64,000 nucleotides of DNA from Minisyncoccota bacterium (GTDB lineage Bacteria; Patescibacteriota; Minisyncoccia; Phycocordibacterales; UBA6899), in the NCBI GenBank assembly GCA_035583355.1, contig DATEZQ010000003.1, forward strand, positions 129,844-193,843. Reading direction: 5' to 3'. Below are positions 62,253 through 64,000 of this stretch, in pieces. Below the pieces are notes generated by a model, which made no database searches, had not been told where the DNA came from, and was given only the letters and a program-made list of their open reading frames with translations. Numbering within the stretch: position 1 is the stretch's first letter; each line of letters starts with the position of its first letter. The translations under genes and the position numbers were made by a program.

Positions 62253-63851
62253 ATGAATTCTCGGATCAGTCTCGGCTTCACGCTCATTGAGCTCCTTGTT
62301 GTTATTGCGATCATCGCACTGCTTTCAAGTGTTGTGTTCTCTGCTTTGACGACTGCACGCGTGAAGGCGCGTGATGCGAGTCGCATCGCAAACGCACGAC
62401 AGCTCTCGCTCGCGCTCGAACAATATGAAATGACCAATGGTACCTATGCAGTCGCAGGCGCGGGGTATCAAGGAACCGGATCGGGTTATGCCTCATATGT
62501 CGGTGGTATTGATTACACAACCTCGATCGTTTCTGCTTTGAAGTCTTCGGGGACATATTCGTCCTCAAAACTTTCCGACCCACTCTATGGTGATCAGAAC
62601 TATTTCATCGGTCGCTGTACGACAACGCTTGCATACACCTTGTATCTCAAGGTTGAACAGGACGCATTGAAGCAAGATGCTGCAGCGCTCTCTTCGGGTT
62701 GTGATGGTGCAACTGCAGTGAGCCTCGGTTTTAATTATGTCGCAGGCGGTAGTGGAGTTGGTGCATTTGGTGGCGGAATTGCGGGAGGGGGTGGAGGAGG
62801 TGCTCCATCACCAAAAATTTCAATTGGATACTCACACGCAATGGCGCTGGTCGGAGGATCACTCTATTTGTGGGGCAATGATGATAATGGAACGCTTGGG
62901 TTTAATCGCGCAGGTACAAAATCATTTCCGACGCAGATGGGGTCTTCTACCGATTGGAAGGATATTAGTGCAACGATGTTTGATTCATTTGCGATTAAAA
63001 ATAATGGAGAGCTATATGCAACTGGGTACAATAATCACGGGCAACTTGGCTTCGGCGACGTGACACAGCGCAATGTGTTTACGAAAGTCGGTGCAGATAC
63101 TTGGTCGAGCATTGTTGGTGGTCAGTACTATACACTTGGAATAAAAACCGATGGAACACTTTGGGCATGGGGGTATGGACAGTTCAACTCTCTTGGTCTT
63201 GCTACAACATCAGACATTCTCTTGCCTACTCAGGTAGGTACTGCGAATGACTGGAAGTCCATATCAGCTGGATTTTACTCTTCTGCGGGAATCAAAAATG
63301 ATGGTTCGTTGTGGACTTGGGGTTATAACGCTTATGGCCAACTTGGTCTCAATAATACGACTGCACAACCGGTGCCAGTGCGTGTGGGTAGTGATACTGA
63401 TTGGAAAAAAATAAGTATGGGATATGGCATTCTCATGGCAATCAAGAATAATGGCACGTTGTGGGCTTGTGGTGACAACACTTCGGGAAGACTTGGATTT
63501 GGCGATACTGCAATCAGGAGCGTGCTGACACAGCTTGGCACGGACACATGGAATGATATATCGGTCGGTAATGGTTTTCAGCACGGAGTAAAATCTAATG
63601 GAACGCTTTGGGCGTGGGGAGTACAGGGGTCAAGTCAGCTCGGTCTTGGAGATGCGGTAACACGCACCGTGCCGACACAGGTTGGTAGTGCAAGTGACTG
63701 GAAGTTCGTCTATGACAATTTGTATGCAAGCGTTATTGCGCAGAAAGTTGGTGATACTCTTTATTCATGGGGATACGGTGGAAATGGGGTGCTTGGTCTC
63801 GGAAATTTCTCGAACTACAATCTTCCTCAAGCGCTCACTCCTCCGTGGTGA
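62253..63851 (+). CDS. prepilin-type N-terminal domain protein fused to RCC1-repeat beta-propeller
   Basis: Prepilin motif G/FTLIELLVVIAIIALL, then repeated GQLGLG/GRLGFG RCC1 blades. TATAAT at 62240-62245 lies 7 nt upstream of the ATG. Confidence 0.75.
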   Translation: MNSRISLGFTLIELLVVIAIIALLSSVVFSALTTARVKARDASRIANARQLSLALEQYEMTNGTYAVAGAGYQGTGSGYASYVGGIDYTTSIVSALKSSGTYSSSKLSDPLYGDQNYFIGRCTTTLAYTLYLKVEQDALKQDAAALSSGCDGATAVSLGFNYVAGGSGVGAFGGGIAGGGGGGAPSPKISIGYSHAMALVGGSLYLWGNDDNGTLGFNRAGTKSFPTQMGSSTDWKDISATMFDSFAIKNNGELYATGYNNHGQLGFGDVTQRNVFTKVGADTWSSIVGGQYYTLGIKTDGTLWAWGYGQFNSLGLATTSDILLPTQVGTANDWKSISAGFYSSAGIKNDGSLWTWGYNAYGQLGLNNTTAQPVPVRVGSDTDWKKISMGYGILMAIKNNGTLWACGDNTSGRLGFGDTAIRSVLTQLGTDTWNDISVGNGFQHGVKSNGTLWAWGVQGSSQLGLGDAVTRTVPTQVGSASDWKFVYDNLYASVIAQKVGDTLYSWGYGGNGVLGLGNFSNYNLPQALTPPW

Positions 63852-63891
63852 TGAGCGTAGTACGAGCACACGTTATGCTATACTTTATATA

Positions 63892-64000
63892 TGAGTAATC
63901 CAATTACACCTATTGTTCCAGCAGAGAAGATACATATATTGCTTGCTGATGATGATGAGATGACCTTGCGCCTGTTTAGTTCATATCTTGTCGAGGCGGG
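63892..64000 (+). CDS. response regulator receiver domain protein (5' partial, runs off the window)
   Basis: MSNPITPIVPAEKIHILLADDDEMTLRLF... Confidence 0.5.

Noticed and set aside
1-64000. Stop-codon reassignment (UGA as sense), as seen in some CPR lineages
   Set aside because: Well-conserved genes (xth, rpsO, clpP, rpsL, rpsG, tpiA) terminate at TGA/TAA/TAG at their expected lengths and no conserved protein is broken by in-frame TGA. The standard code fits.

Overview
This is a gene-dense, low-GC (about 45 percent) bacterial chromosomal window using the standard genetic code. The gene content is most consistent with a Candidate Phyla Radiation / Patescibacteria-like genome, but this is an inference. 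The supporting features are: RNase Y; tRNAs without encoded CCA together with a CCA-adding enzyme; many prepilin-type N-terminal proteins including one fused to RCC1 repeats; a PilB/PilC type IV pilus core; ComEC split from its metallo-beta-lactamase domain; a TfoX_N regulator; small proteins; and frequent leaderless TATAAT-N6-9-ATG gene starts. The clear housekeeping genes are rpsO, a XerC/D-family recombinase, xth, cca, a YraN-family protein, nth, hup, rny, clpP, pyrD, tig, nusA, ppa, pilB, pilC, tpiA, pgk, a ribonucleotide reductase catalytic subunit, rsmE, a HIT protein, recJ, rnhA, comEC, a DedA protein, an AddA-like UvrD helicase-nuclease, a nitronate-monooxygenase-family protein, a site-2 protease, rpmB, an APC permease, a GH18-like plus peptidoglycan-binding protein, and rpsL-rpsG. 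There are four tRNA genes: Arg-UCG, Gly-GCC, Pro-UGG and Gly-UCC. The structures the gene list does not explain are the following. (1) Each of the four tRNA genes is followed by a 150-280 bp element that starts with a terminator hairpin, then a perfect 18-20 nt inverted copy of that tRNA's own 3' end, then a GC-rich hairpin core (clearly homologous between two of the copies) and a degenerate direct copy of the tRNA 3' end; three of the four tRNAs also carry a partial 5' copy a short distance upstream. (2) A DnaA-box repeat cluster with a perfect TTATCCACA box and an AT-rich stretch at 8751-9400, a candidate oriC. (3) Seven copies of a 14-bp palindrome GTTTCACGTGRAAC within about 1.1 kb of mostly non-coding DNA next to it, with further copies in other promoters. 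(4) A conserved structured intergenic element of about 115 bp upstream of two pilus genes. (5) A 1.6 kb GC-rich (about 60 percent) patch that encodes a classical 8-strand outer-membrane beta-barrel protein. I saw no CRISPR array, rRNA or obvious IS element.
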